From Bugula neritina (lineage: Eukaryota; Animalia; Bryozoa): a stretch of DNA of 64,000 bases. The notes under the pieces are model-generated. The model saw only the letters and a list, made by a program, of their open reading frames with translations, did no database searches and was not told where the DNA came from. A program made the position numbers and the translations under genes. Where the stretch lies: the NCBI GenBank assembly GCA_964035545.1, contig OZ037766.1:17447081-17511080 (forward strand). The letters run 5' to 3'. Numbering within the stretch: the first letter of the stretch is position 1; each line of letters begins with the position of its first letter. Shown piece by piece: positions 31,910-45,300 of the stretch.

Positions 31910-32777
31910 CACTACTACTACCACTACTACTACCACTACTACTACCACTACTACTACCACTACTACTACCACTACTACTACCACTACTACTACCACTACT
32001 ACTACCACTACTACTACCACTACTACTACCACTACTACTACATGTATTAGACTCAGTGCTACTAAAGAGTAGTAGTAATAATGAAGTGTAACTTATGCTA
32101 AGCCTAATAGTAATACTAGTAATACTAATAGTAATAGACAATAGACATGTATAGTAATACTTATAATTTATTAATTATGCTTAACGTTATACTTTAGTTA
32201 TACTTATAATAAATAATAAATGTAATACCCATAATGATATTAATAATCATATTGATATTTATACTTATAGTCTTTTAGATAAATACCAAGAATGATAGTA
32301 ATACTTACAGTTACTTACACTGATAGTAATACTCTTTATCATTATGATTGCTAATAGACATAGTAATACTAATACTATAATAGTTATTATTATTAATATT
32401 AAACTAGAAGTTTATTAAGTGCATTTTGATTCTGGTAATCAGATTATGATTATTATTTTGAGTAATATAGTATTACTATTAGTATATACTATTACTATTA
32501 GCGTTAGATCAACTGATGACCTCTATACTCATGCTAATAATGAGTTAATGTTACTTTATAAAATATAACTATTAGTATTACTACAAGCATAAGTAACCTA
32601 TATCATAAATGAGTATAAGATTAAATAGTAATAATAATAACTATTAGTATTACCGTTAGTGTTACTGTTAGTATTACAGCTAGTGTTTCTATATAGTATA
32701 TGTATAAGACATATTGATATATTGTGATATTTGTGGTATTCATAAAACTAACTCTAAGTAAAAGTATAAGTATTATT
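31085..32777. repeat. TAN-triplet low-complexity field including (TATTAC)n, (TAC)n and (CACTACTACTAC)n
   Basis: Three-periodic TAT/TAC/TAG/TAA sequence that resumes between the downstream insertions up to about 38650. Confidence 0.9.
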
Positions 32778-33318
32778 GGTTTCATCCCAGATAGACGCTT
32801 CCCAGTTAGACGCTTCCCACTTAGACGCTTTCCAGTTGGATGCTATTTTTTATTTTGGTACCGTATATAGTAATATACCTATATATGTAGTTTATATACC
32901 TATATAACTGTTGCATTGATTGCTACATAGCTAATATGCTAATAGCTGTTATAGGTAATATGAGTTATCTGGAATAATATTCCATTTTTTGAAGATTTGT
33001 GTGAGACAAAAAACAATAATACATTAATATTATACATTATCTTTAATGGATGCTTATTAACAAAATATCTTTTCAAACAACAAGTATAAAAAAATGAAAA
33101 GTTAGTAAGTTAATTCAAATCAAAGGAATTTATTTATATGTTAAATAACAAGCAATTGATCCAAGTTTATTTAAATGTACATATATTTCAATATTAAGAC
33201 AAATTGCACATAAAATATATATTTTACCAAAATAAATAAATAGCATCTAGCTGGAAAGCATCCATGGGGGAAATTTAGCCTAGCGTCTAACTGGGAAGCG
33301 CCTATCTGATATGACACC
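32778..33318. mobile_element. MITE with 15-bp tandem-repeat subterminal inverted repeats
   Basis: Left CAGATAGACGCTTCCCAGTTAGACGCT..., right AGCGTCTAACTGGGAAGCGCCTATCTG; asymmetric tips GGTTTC/GACACC; flanked by TATTATT. Confidence 0.75.
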
Positions 33319-33340
33319 TTATTATTATGAGAGTGAGTAT

Positions 33341-33725
33341 TGTTGTGGATTTATGTTATGTGTGTGTGTGTCCTTGGTTGTCGAGATCGGCACTTCGGTC
33401 CTCTGAAACACCGATATGCCGAGAATCGGCATATCGGACTACCGAAGTGCCGAGATGCCAATTCGGCATTTCGGATTCTCGAAGTGCCGATATTCGACAT
33501 TACGGGTCTCCGATCTCGGCAACAAACGAATGTTTTTGTCTTGCTTGTATATAAAAGCCAGCGAGTTCCAGTATAGTTCAGTCTACTACTGGAGCTCGCT
33601 GGATGCAGACCTATCATATTAATCTACTCAATAAAGCTACTATTATTTATACTCAATTTCTCGACCTGTTCTTCATAACAAGCATGCAAGGCAACTGGCA
33701 ACATTCAAACCCACAATTTATCACA
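33341..33725 (+). mobile_element. Solo LTR (385 bp) of a second LTR family
   Basis: TGT...ACA termini, 4-bp TSD GTAT, TATATAAAA at 33548, AATAAA at 33630. Confidence 0.75.
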
Positions 33726-33748
33726 GTATTACTATAGTTAGTATTGTA

Positions 33749-34829
33749 GCTTATTCAGACACGACGAATCTTCCTTCATTGGGTCCGACGGATGCCCAAC
33801 CAACAAACATCGCACCTCTTTGTCGCGCCATCTGCAGTAGTAGTGTATAGTTGCTTAGCAAGGATGTTTTAATAGTAAATTTTTTACTAGTTAAATTTAA
33901 TCATAGTTGTGCGGTAACAAAGTAAAAGTTTTGCGTTAATAAAATAATTATAATCAAATATGACAAATTTAAAATTTATTAGCTAAATAAAAGCTGAAAT
34001 TTTTAGTAATTTTATGTTTAACAACAGTTGGACTGTGAAAATTAAAGGAAAATAACATGTACAACTGAATGCCGTGTTCGTGTCTTTATACCAAATTCAA
34101 ACTGATTATTTATTCTTCGTCGGCCTTTTACTACTTATTACTTATGATTTTTATTGTTGTTGAATAAAAAATTAAAATGACTTTTTTTATAGTATTTTTT
34201 CTATGAAAGAACTATAGCTAAGATGTTTTAGCTGGAATAATTATAAAATAAAATAGAAACTGGTAGTGTCTACTTTAGGTGAAACAATTTAGTTTCATCA
34301 ATTTCAATTTAATCACATCTCAACCTTTTTTCAAATCACTGCTACTCATTATGCACATCAACTCAGTTGTTAACATACATCTGTGTAGTCAGGATCTGAA
34401 AGATTATACTGATGCAGTGCAGCTGGTCAAGCTCTGACAATTTCTATAAAAAATATACTTCTGTCATGGAAACTGCTTGAAATAATTTGAAGATGCTGCT
34501 GACTAGCAAAATAATATGCTTCCTACAAATTTGTTTATTTTAATTTATTATTATTTATTATTAATATTACTAAATATTGATTATTTAATTTAGTTACAAG
34601 CAATGCCGCTTGAGCAACTTGTTTGCCATGTGAATTATGCCACGCTTTTTGCTTTTGGAAATAAGCCAATGGAGGTCAATCAGATAAAATTTGTTAGCTG
34701 AAACTTAGCTGGGTCAGGTTCCAACGGATTTTTGAAAGGTGGATCACGTGATCCAAAACGAATAAAATCTGCATTTGTCATGCCATTATGGCCCGCTATT
34801 CATCCAATTTGTTGACCATCTGAATAAGC
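33749..34829. mobile_element. Non-autonomous DNA transposon with short TIRs, TA-flanked
   Basis: TA|GCTTATTCAGA...TCTGAATAAGC|TA; partial inverted copy at 53990-54590. Confidence 0.75.
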
Positions 34830-35328
34830 TATTACTATTACTATTATAATAACTATTACTATTACTGTTATTAGTGTAACTCTAAAAGTATAAGTATATT
34901 AGTATTAGTATAACTTTAAGATTAAGTCAATGACCATAAATGGTAAAACTAAAAGATATGTGATAAAATTAAATAGTTAAATTCAATGATTAAATGAAAA
35001 GCATTTCTAGCTAATTTTAGTTCAGATCTTGCTTTTTAGTTTTACTTTTACTATTGTTATGTTCACGATTGTTCATTCCATATGATTAACGTTGATAATA
35101 AAATCCGTGATCTAATTGTAATTCAATAGTTCATATTCATGTTATTATATAATAATACCATCATGTCGATATAGATATTGTTTAATCTTCAAGTTTAAGG
35201 TTTAGCAGTGGTAACTAAAACTATAGCATTAAATTTAACTATAACATTAAATATAAGCCCAAGGAAGTTAAATCTAACTGTAAGCATTGTTATCGTAATG
35301 ATAGCTGTTAAACTTGGAGTCAAAGAAT

Positions 35329-38323
35329 AGACCATGTATAATTGGTACGTTTAGTACCTTGTACCAAGTGTAAAACACTCACCACTATAACTTATATAAA
35401 CTTCTGCAAGTTCAAATGCAAAATGCATACTTTAAGAAAATAGCTGTGCAGCTTTTATTACATGCATTCTTTTATTTCATATCCTAAATTTATGAACCAT
35501 GAGTTCATTTTTCAAAATGTTTAAATTAAATGCTTAAAAAATGTATTCCTGCAAAAATGCCCTGGAGCAGCTTGACCACAACCCCAGCTGTTCTGGCAAA
35601 ACACATTTAATGGTTTTTTTATTGACATAGTGGTGAATGGGCTAGTTGTTTTTGGCAATTTTATACGATTCTGATTGGCTGGACTCTACATGACCAGCTA
35701 ATGATTGTATCTGATTGGCCTAATAATGCATTTGCCTTTGAAAATGTAGAGTTTTATATGAGTTATAGTGGTAATATTTTAGAGTTGGTACACGCCCCTT
35801 TTTGGTTGAGTCTGGTCATGCGGTAGTCATTTAAAACACTTGAGTGTATGAGGAAATTATTAGTATTACGAAATCTGTTTTGGCTTATTTTGCTATGCCA
35901 GTTTTCTGACTTAGTTTGTAAGCAACTATGTAGGCAGTTATAACTTAGGATGATTTCATCAAAAGTAGACATTACTTAGGCCTTAAAACATCAAATCAAC
36001 CAGTGCTGTTACTTGGTTGTATTGTAAAGCATTATCGAGAGCATAGCGCACTAGCACAGTCACTGAGCTGCAATGGCAGTGCATGCTACACCAAACTTAT
36101 CAGTTCTATTATAATATCTTATGTAAGGCACGTAAAACACTAGGCTAGTCTCTGTTAGTATGTAGAGCAGTAGCACGGCTACAGCAGTCACACCACCTCT
36201 CTCTATCCTGTCTACCTAACACAGAGGTTGCAATAATGATAATCATTTCATGATTTAGTTTTAAGTCCATCCATACTACTAAATACATTCTCATAGTCTG
36301 GTTACTTTGTGTGCTTCAGTTTACTTTAATGTAATTATTTAAAAAATTCTTTCACACGCTCATTACAAATGCATTAGCCTAGCTATAGCCATAAATTATT
36401 TGCTTGTGTACCCAATACTATTTTATTTTAAATTTGTAGAACAGCATTTTTTTACTCTGTCACATATTCGTCTGCATTGAGTTTAAATGCACAGCTATTA
36501 GCAATAGATAATGTAGACATTTTGTATAAAAATAAGTATTAGCATGTAGTTCCTTGCATGTGGGTCTATATTGTTAGTTGGTATTATCACCATAGTACCA
36601 TGTTGATAACCCTTTCTTGTATACGATTTACTTAGCTTAACAGCATAATTATTCTACAAATGTAATGACATCAGCCATGGGACAATATAGTCTAGTTTCT
36701 TTTAACTGTGAAGTAATGTTTTATGCAATTTGCCACGTTTTTATAAGTGATATTTTTATAAGTTGAACTTCTCAGTCTCAAGTCATTGCTGGATGAAACA
36801 TCTGTACTTAGCTCTAAAGCTAATGCAATAACATCAACAACTTTACTAATGAGTTTTCAACACATGTTTTAGTCAGTTGGGTAAAATACAAAGGCTTTCT
36901 CCTAATAATTTGGAATGTTAGAATAAATGGTCATTAAACATTGGGCTTGAATATTTTTTTCATATTGTGTGATGCAACATGATAGCTACAGAGAAAATGT
37001 CGATTCCATCAAAACGAAGGCATTATATTTCAACATTGACTGCATACAATATTGATACTTACTAACAGAATATTATTTATGCATAAGTTAGCATTTTTTA
37101 AAATGAGTATCACGTCTGAGCTGCCATTTACTTTCACCCAAAATCCTTCTCAACAATCATTGAGGCAAGCAGATATGACAAAATTATTATAATATCAGGC
37201 TTTTATTTATAAAGCTTAGTGTTATAGCACATACGTATACATTAGCACATCAAGAAGAATATTATTATAAAAGTGCTACGCTTCATCGGCTACCAAGGGT
37301 GGCTGCAGATTACAGAGAGCACAGCAGACTATCATTACTTTATCTAAAAGATCATGAAATGATTATCATTATTGCAACCTCTGTGTTAGGTAGACAGGAT
37401 AGAGAGAGGTGGTGTGACTGCTGTAGCCGTGCTACTGCTCTACATACTAACAGAGACTAGCCTAGTGTTTTACGTGCCTTACATAAGATATTATAATAGA
37501 ACTGATAAGTTTGGTGTAGCATGCACTGCCATTGCAGCTCAGTGACTGTGCTAGTGCGCTATGCTCTCGATAATGCTTTACAATACAACCAAGTAACAGC
37601 ACTGGTTGATTTGATGTTTTAAGGCCTAAGTAATGTCTACCTTTGATGAAATCATCCTAAGTTATAACTGCCTACATAGTTGCATACAAACTAAGTCAGA
37701 AAACTGGCATAGCAAAGTAAGCCATAACAGATTTCGTAATACTAATAATTTCCCCATACACTTAAGTGTTGTAGATGACTACAGCATGATCAGACTATAA
37801 AACTCAACCAAAAAGGGGCGTGCACCAACTCTAAAATATCACCACTATAACTCATATAAAACTCTACATTTTCAAAGGCAAATGCATTATTAGGCCAATC
37901 AGATACAATCATTAGCTGGTCTTGTAGAGTCCAGCCAATCAGAATCGCATAAAATTGCCGTGCAGCGTGGCTAAATCCAACTGCCAAAAACAACTAGCCC
38001 ATTCACCACTATGTCAATAAAAAAACCATTAAATGTGTTTTGCCAGAACAGCTGGGGTTGTGGTCAAGCTGCTCCAGAGCATTTTTACAAGAATACATTT
38101 TTTAAATGCATTTTTTAAGCATTTAATTTAAGCATTTTGAAAAATGAACTCATGGTTCATAAATTTAAGATATGAAATAAAATAATGCATGTAATCAAAG
38201 TTGCACAGCTATTTTCTAGAAGTATGCATTTTGCACTTGAACTTGCAGAAGTTTATATAAGTTATAGTGGTGAGTGTTTTAGACTTGGTACAAGGTACTA
38301 AATGTACCAATTATACGTGGTCT
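35329..38323. mobile_element. Foldback-type DNA transposon with 0.93-0.97 kb inverted arms, AT-flanked (ISL2EU/PHIS-like termini)
   Basis: Arms 35329-36254 and 37351-38323 are highly similar reverse complements; termini AT|AGACCA...TGGTCT|AT; the 1.1-kb spacer holds a decayed coding relic. Superfamily assignment is tentative. Confidence 0.85.
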
Positions 38324-39377
38324 ATTAGGATTAAGTTCTGATTCTCATACTCATAGTCATACTGATACTCATTCTGATTCTTATTGTTTTAATTAAGCTA
38401 ATACTTGATTTTGCTTTTAATCTTAGACTTTAACTTATAGGGATTTAAATTTAAGCTTACTCAAAATTATCTTGCAGTAAAAGTTATACTAAATTGAAGA
38501 CCAGTAGTAGTACCAATAGTAATACTCTAATAATAACAGCTGTAGCTAATAAGTATTAAGACTAAGTAACCATAGTAGTTACACTTATAGTTATGCTAAT
38601 ACTAATACTATTACTATTGCTTATCATAGTAGTCTATTACTATTAGAGTAGACTATTATGGAGGCCCACTTTTGCTTTTGTAAATGTATATCATGTACCA
38701 TTGCCATGCATCATTTGTATTTAAGATGGTTGAAAAGCAAGTCTAAATAAACTCTTGCGTTATTTTTTGATTATTTTTACAGAGCATTGGATATGATTGA
38801 GCATAAAATATTGCTTGCGAACATACTAAGACCATACCCATTCTTTGTCCAATTAGCTGTTATAATTTTATTGGTTAAAGAACCAGATAATATGTAGGCA
38901 TCTTTAAATATGATAAACATATTTTGGTAGTAGTTTCTATGACATGCATGCATAGATGAAAATAAACAGTGCATTTGATGTAACTTACTCATTGAGTCTT
39001 CATTCACTCCTTTACTTCTACAAATTTCAATTTTTATGCAGCTAATACTGCTCTTATTGCTACTAGATTACGTAGTTTTAAAAAAGTATAGTTTTTTAAA
39101 TGTAATTGAATTAAAATTTTTAAATTGTTTGTAATAACTTTATTTAATCTTTTCTTAACTAATGCAGCTGAAAATTTTGTATTGATTAGGAGGTTAAATT
39201 ACATCATAAATAAAGTAAAAAGTATTTGCTGGTACCCAGATGCCAAACTAAAATTACACGTCAAAGTCGAGCAAAAACATGCATTTCTATACCTAGGTGT
39301 TGGTAGTGTAGTGAGTTACCATTTTCATGTGTAACAGTCAAGTTTTTCTTTAGGTAATTACTCATGGTTGTTGAATA

Positions 39378-42300
39378 ATGAAACGGGTGAATAAGGAGCA
39401 TATCACTGAAGTTCTAAATGGTTATATGAAGAGACGTAATTTTACGGTGAGTTTATTAACTGGCAAGTATATTCATAAAAATTAATTTGCTGCTATCAAT
39501 ATAATTGTGGCTCTGACGAGTTTCTCCTATGTACTGCTAGTTTTTAAGTCAGCTTTTATTTCAAAGTAACTGTCACCATTTGCATACTGCCTGTGCTGTG
39601 TGTATGTATGTTGCCAGTTGAAACAGGCTTTTTTTAATTTTTTGTGATAACAAATAGATGATGGTATAGCTATATGAAAAAATTAATAAAAAGTGTGGCA
39701 CTGTCATATTTTGCTAAGTCTGCCGTGCAACATATGTTTTTCGTTTTGAGCAATAAATTGTTCAGCTTTGTTTGTGAGAGAGCAAATTCACCTTTTAATT
39801 AGTTAAAATAATAATGGAAGTTTTATGTAGTGATGGTCTGAAGATAATTCTATATTAAAATTTTTTTCAGTTATTAAGCTTTGTTTTTTATACTTAGACA
39901 AACATTATACTACAATGCAGGGGTGGGCAAATGGGGGTTCAAATGCCACCTGTGGCTCTTTGCTCATTTTCAGTGGACCTTTTAATGTTTAAAGGATTGC
40001 TCTATCTTGTCTAATAAATGGCCATTTAGGTCAAACACACATAATATTGTGTTTTTCTAAGCATGCATTGACAAAAAGCATTTGACCAAAGGTAGAAAAA
40101 GTTAGTTGAAGTTGAGGGTGTAGATTTGTAACAGCCAAAACGCCTATTTTGAAATAAGCTGGGAAATGTGACGTAACAGCGCCAGCATTCCTGCTGGTCA
40201 CGTGACTATACAAATGAATAACTATAGAAATATGACTGTGAGATGTGATCTTTCAGCTCGTAATTTGTATATTTATAAAAGTGCAAATGTGAATTATCTC
40301 AATCTATAGTTTTTTGACATGTTAAATAACATGTATGTGATAACATTAGGCCATATTTTGCTTGTAAACATTAGAAAAAAGCATTGCAAAAACATGCATT
40401 CTTTAGGATGAATGCCTGCGATCGATCTAAACTAGGTCAGATTGTGCAATATTACGGGCACACCAAAGCTGACCTATATAGCGCGCTGTAACTGCTTAAG
40501 CGTTATTGGTTGATGTTGTGCTCAGCAACCTTGAATACTAGCGTTATAGTTAGCACGTGCAGCATAGTTACTGGCGTCCACACGTCACGTATTAGGCTAT
40601 TCTTTTCCATGGCTGAAAATTTTACCTCCCTCAAAATTGGAATTTTGAAAAACTGTTTTCTAGGCACATATCCCTTTGCAAAGTTACAATTGTTTGCATA
40701 CACATTAGATTATAGTTCATAATTATAATGTGATTGTAATAAACTAAGATAGAGCAATCCTTTAAGATGAGTAAAAACTATTATATTCACTCTCATTAGC
40801 ACAGTATAGGTTTAGTGACAAATTACTTTGTAGTCTATTATAATAAAATATACCATGTGCAATCATGTGGCCCTTCGTTTTGGCAGACTTCTAACTTGAC
40901 CTCATGCAAAGGAAGTTGCCCACCCCTCCATAAGATATTATAGCATTGATAAACAACTTGCTAATCGGTGACAGTATACATATATTGTTCACTCCAGGGC
41001 ATACCATCAGATTCCAACAAAGTACCAGTCAGTATGGTCTCTTCAGCTGTCAACATGGTGTCATCGTTAGAGTCTAGTGCTTTGGGTACAGTGACTTGTG
41101 CTTCAGTGGCTGATAGTACTAGCAGTGATTATGAGCTCCAGTTCAATAGGTGAGAATGATTCTGTTGAGGTAACTATTTCATGTACTCATTCTTTCCATC
41201 AGTTACACAAACTGATTCCTGCTACACTTGTTCCATGCTGTAAGTGATTATAAAGGGACTGCTCTTATTGATTTATTTGAATGACACTATCTTGCACTAT
41301 AATCTTTATCATACCAACTTCACATTTTAACTAGCTATAGGTAAGTATATAAAATATTTTTAACAAGACATTCATTTTCACAATGCCCCAAGCAAACTTT
41401 ACATGATTACCTCAAATGAGGTAGAGTTCATGGTAATTTAGGAGGCTTTTAGTCTAACATTAATTTGATGTTGTCTTAGATGCTAACTATGGTGGCCTAC
41501 TTAACTTTTTCTTGATGTTTTAGGTTAGTGGTGTTTGTAAAAGATGCAGATGAGAAACACAAGCCATCACTGATTAATATACTTTTCCCAATGTTTGTAT
41601 CCATTTATGTTGATATGATGGTTGGTGAATTGAAATCAATAGGTTAGTTTTTTATTTTATCTCTAGTATTAAGTTGCAGATTTATTAACTGAAAATGCAG
41701 CTCTCATTAGTTTTAAATTTTGTAGAAGTGAGTATTATTACTCAATCTGGTTTTGAAGTCCCTACTTCTCCCCCCAAACAAAAGTTGTGCAAATGGGTTA
41801 GTTTTTATGGAAATTTAAGTGATAATTATGTCTACTTAATTATCACTTTTAGACTATGAGAATATTGGTGGTACGTTCAAACTCAAACTCAAAAAAGGAA
41901 CTTTTTAAATAGTTCTCAACTAAGTACATGAATATCAAGGTATTCATTTGGAAGTTTTTGCTAGGAAATCAGCCTCATGTAGTCAACCTTATCTCCAGAA
42001 GTGCAGCTCAATGATAAAAGAAACTTCAATAAAAATATACTATTTAGGTTATATTTCAGTTTAAGACGGTTATTTCTCCCCAATGTAGCTGTACCCACAT
42101 ATAATTAATAATATTACAGATTAAAAAACAAAGGCTGTATCATTGTAATATTTATATAGTTCCTAATAGATCAGCACCCTTTCCTAATCATGTGTATATA
42201 ATAGAAAACAGACTTGGCTTGTTTTTTATTGCAAACCGTACCCCCTTGAGTTTTCAATATTTTATTTCTTATAAATAGAAGCTGCTAGGGTTAAAAATCA

Positions 42301-45300
42301 AACTGTATTTCCTTGTAAACTAATTCTATTAAACTTTTTTAGCGAACAGATTTCATCAAAATAATAAGAATATCTTTTGCAACCTTCCCACTTATCGAGA
42401 AACTATGGAAAAAATATCCTCTGTAGTACAGAAATGTGATAAAGATAGAAGTAAATCACTGAGTAAGGTGTTGCACTCTGAACTTGGGTAAGTGCTAATC
42501 AAAAAATTTACAAGTGCTTACATATTTAGTGCATAAGTTTTCCGTAGCAAAATAATTGACCATTGGATTGTATTAAAGTTGATTTATTAATGCTGAAAGT
42601 AACCAACCAACATAGAAATGAAAATGCTGTTTTTTAATTTTCTTTACTTGTAGTGGGGGTGCCAACATGCAAAAATGGGCGGGTGGAGCACATCAATACT
42701 AACCTTTGTTGCTATATATCACTGCAAAGCCAACATTCTACTGATCTCAGATCTGCGAGTACCTTTTTTGTATCTGGGGGGGTTCTCTCGTGAGAGGGGT
42801 GGATATACAGGAGTTCAGCATTTTTCAAGGGGGGACTATGGAACTCTAAATATTTAATTTTCTGAGTAGTTTAAGTTTGACATTAAAAATATTTTCAAGG
42901 AATGTTGTACACATATGTAACTTTCTCTAACAGAAGTTTTGACCAAAAATAAAAAAGTGGGCGGAGCCTATAATATGACAAACTACTTTTTTGCGTATAC
43001 CGGATATTCTCTAAACTGCTACTTTTCTGTTCTAGCATTTAGAATGTTGATTTTTGGTATGAAAATACTCTATTGTGTTCTAATAATGCTCCCCAATTTT
43101 TATTACGTTCTGAACTATATAACATCTTTCCCAACCATGACAAATAAAAAACATAAAACGGGAGTTATCTCCTCCGTTAAAAATTATTGCATTTCTACCC
43201 AATAATATTGCTCTTTGTTGATAGGAACAACATTAGCATAATAAAAATGTATTCTTAGTGTATTTATATTAGCTTATTGACTTATTTTGAATAATTGATT
43301 ACGATCAATACTATTAAGTATTAATATTCAATATTTACTGTATAAATTGAGTGTCAGCAATAATTAACAGACCACTAATATTCGATTTTTTTATTCACAA
43401 GTATAGTAACATAAAATATGGTTCATAAAAAAGTAATATTATGATTTCAGCATTACAAGCAATTACTATGCTCTTTTATATCAGATATTGGTAGACATTT
43501 GTAATTGTATTTATTTATAAATAAGATAGTATTTAAAATTTTAATTTACAATAGATCAAGCTTTATTACAAAGTTTTGTTATCTCTAGCGTTTATATACC
43601 AAATTAAATATATTATAATTCTTCATCGGAACTGTGTTTGTTGCCATCATCATCATAATCAGGCTCTTTGTTTGAAAAAGAAGACTGGCCACTTTTGTTG
43701 TTGCAATCGAAACATTCACATAAACCACAGCATTTCATCATCAGGCGCTTGCATTTGCATGCTTTACTCTTACAGCTTGCTTTTTTTGCATTTACATGCT
43801 GTTAAAATCACATCTGCGTTGCTCTCAAAATCATATTTTATCACAAAACTTAGTCAAGAGACATTGCTGAATATGAAAAAGTCACTTGAGGATTCATGTA
43901 ATCTAAATACAGCATGGCTATTGGCAAGACTTGCCCCAATCAAACTATTTCAATTGGACATAAGTCCTTCTACACATAACTGCCCCAGCTGGAGTAGCTT
44001 TAATGTAAGAAATTTGGTTGCCACAGAAGATAATAAAAGATCAGTCATTGGGTATTGCCCAATGATTAATGCACCATCAACAGATCCATCAACAATTTAT
44101 ACAATCCTTCTGCAGCTAAAGAAAACTATGAAAGTTTTAAATCAGAAACATTCAGTAATTACATTTGACCAAGCTATCTACAAGATTGCCAAAGAGATTC
44201 AATGGAAAAAACCAACTGAATTTTCAAACACAATAATTCGAATGGGCGGTTTTCATATCTTGATGAATTACTTGGCAGCACTTGGCAAAATGGTAAAATC
44301 AAGCGGCCTCGCCCAAGTTCTTGTACACAGTGATATATATTCTGAAGTTACAGTGAAACAGGTGCTATGTGGTAAGCATTATAACAGAGGTGTACGGGCA
44401 CACGAGATTTTGTATGAGGCAATATCAAGGCAGAGACTAAAATCTCTTTCGGAATGGCTTCAATAAAATGATCAGTTTGACCCATTAGAGTCTCATAATA
44501 CGTATTTCTATTGATGATAACTTGCGTGAATGGACCACTGTTGCAGATAAAGTTGCTACTGCTATAAAAAAGTTTGATTCTCATACTAAATTAAAATCTA
44601 ACCTTTCAATGTTCTGGAATTCCTACCTTCATGCAGTAGAAGCCATGTTGGGATTTATTCGAGCTGAGCGTAGTGGCAACTGGCAATTATATTTGGACAG
44701 TATGCAGGCAATGCTACCAGTATTTTTTGCGTATGATCGCACAAACTACTCAAGGTGGCTGCCTATATACCTTATTGATATGCTAAATTTGCCTGAATCT
44801 GCTCCAGAAGTTTATGGAATGTTTGCAAAGGGTTCATTCACCGTAAACAGGACAGGAAAAAAAATTGCAGGTATGGCTCCAGATCAGGTCTTTGAGCAAA
44901 CTTTGAACTGAGACAGTAAAACACCTGGAGGCATTATTGGCATTAGCAACCATGAAGAAGCTCGGACAAAATGGTTCTTAACTAGTCATATCAGAGCCCA
45001 ACTGCTTTCTTTGCAAAAGGATTTTTGCCAAATAGCCTCACAGTCATCAACACTACACAAGGAAGACACAATCATTACAACTATGACGGATGAGATTGAT
45101 ACACAAGCAATTCTTTTTACGTTGCAGCAGTTTGATGTTAAGTTGTTTAGCAATACTTCAACTGAACTTATTAATATTGCTACTGGAGTAAGTCTCGATG
45201 CAGAGACCTTCTTGTCAATAGTGACTGGTATGGCTCAGGGAGGAGAAATGGCTCAAAAGTTTTTTCAAGATAGACTTTTAAATACAATAAAACCATTAAT

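Noticed and set aside
31713-32141. Poly-Ser, poly-Val and poly-Leu ORFs
   Set aside because: Products of (TAC)n and (CAC)n simple repeats with no splice or domain support.
41726-41871. Possible extra TAF5L exons in intron 3
   Set aside because: Phases are incompatible with the flanking exons, which already join in frame.
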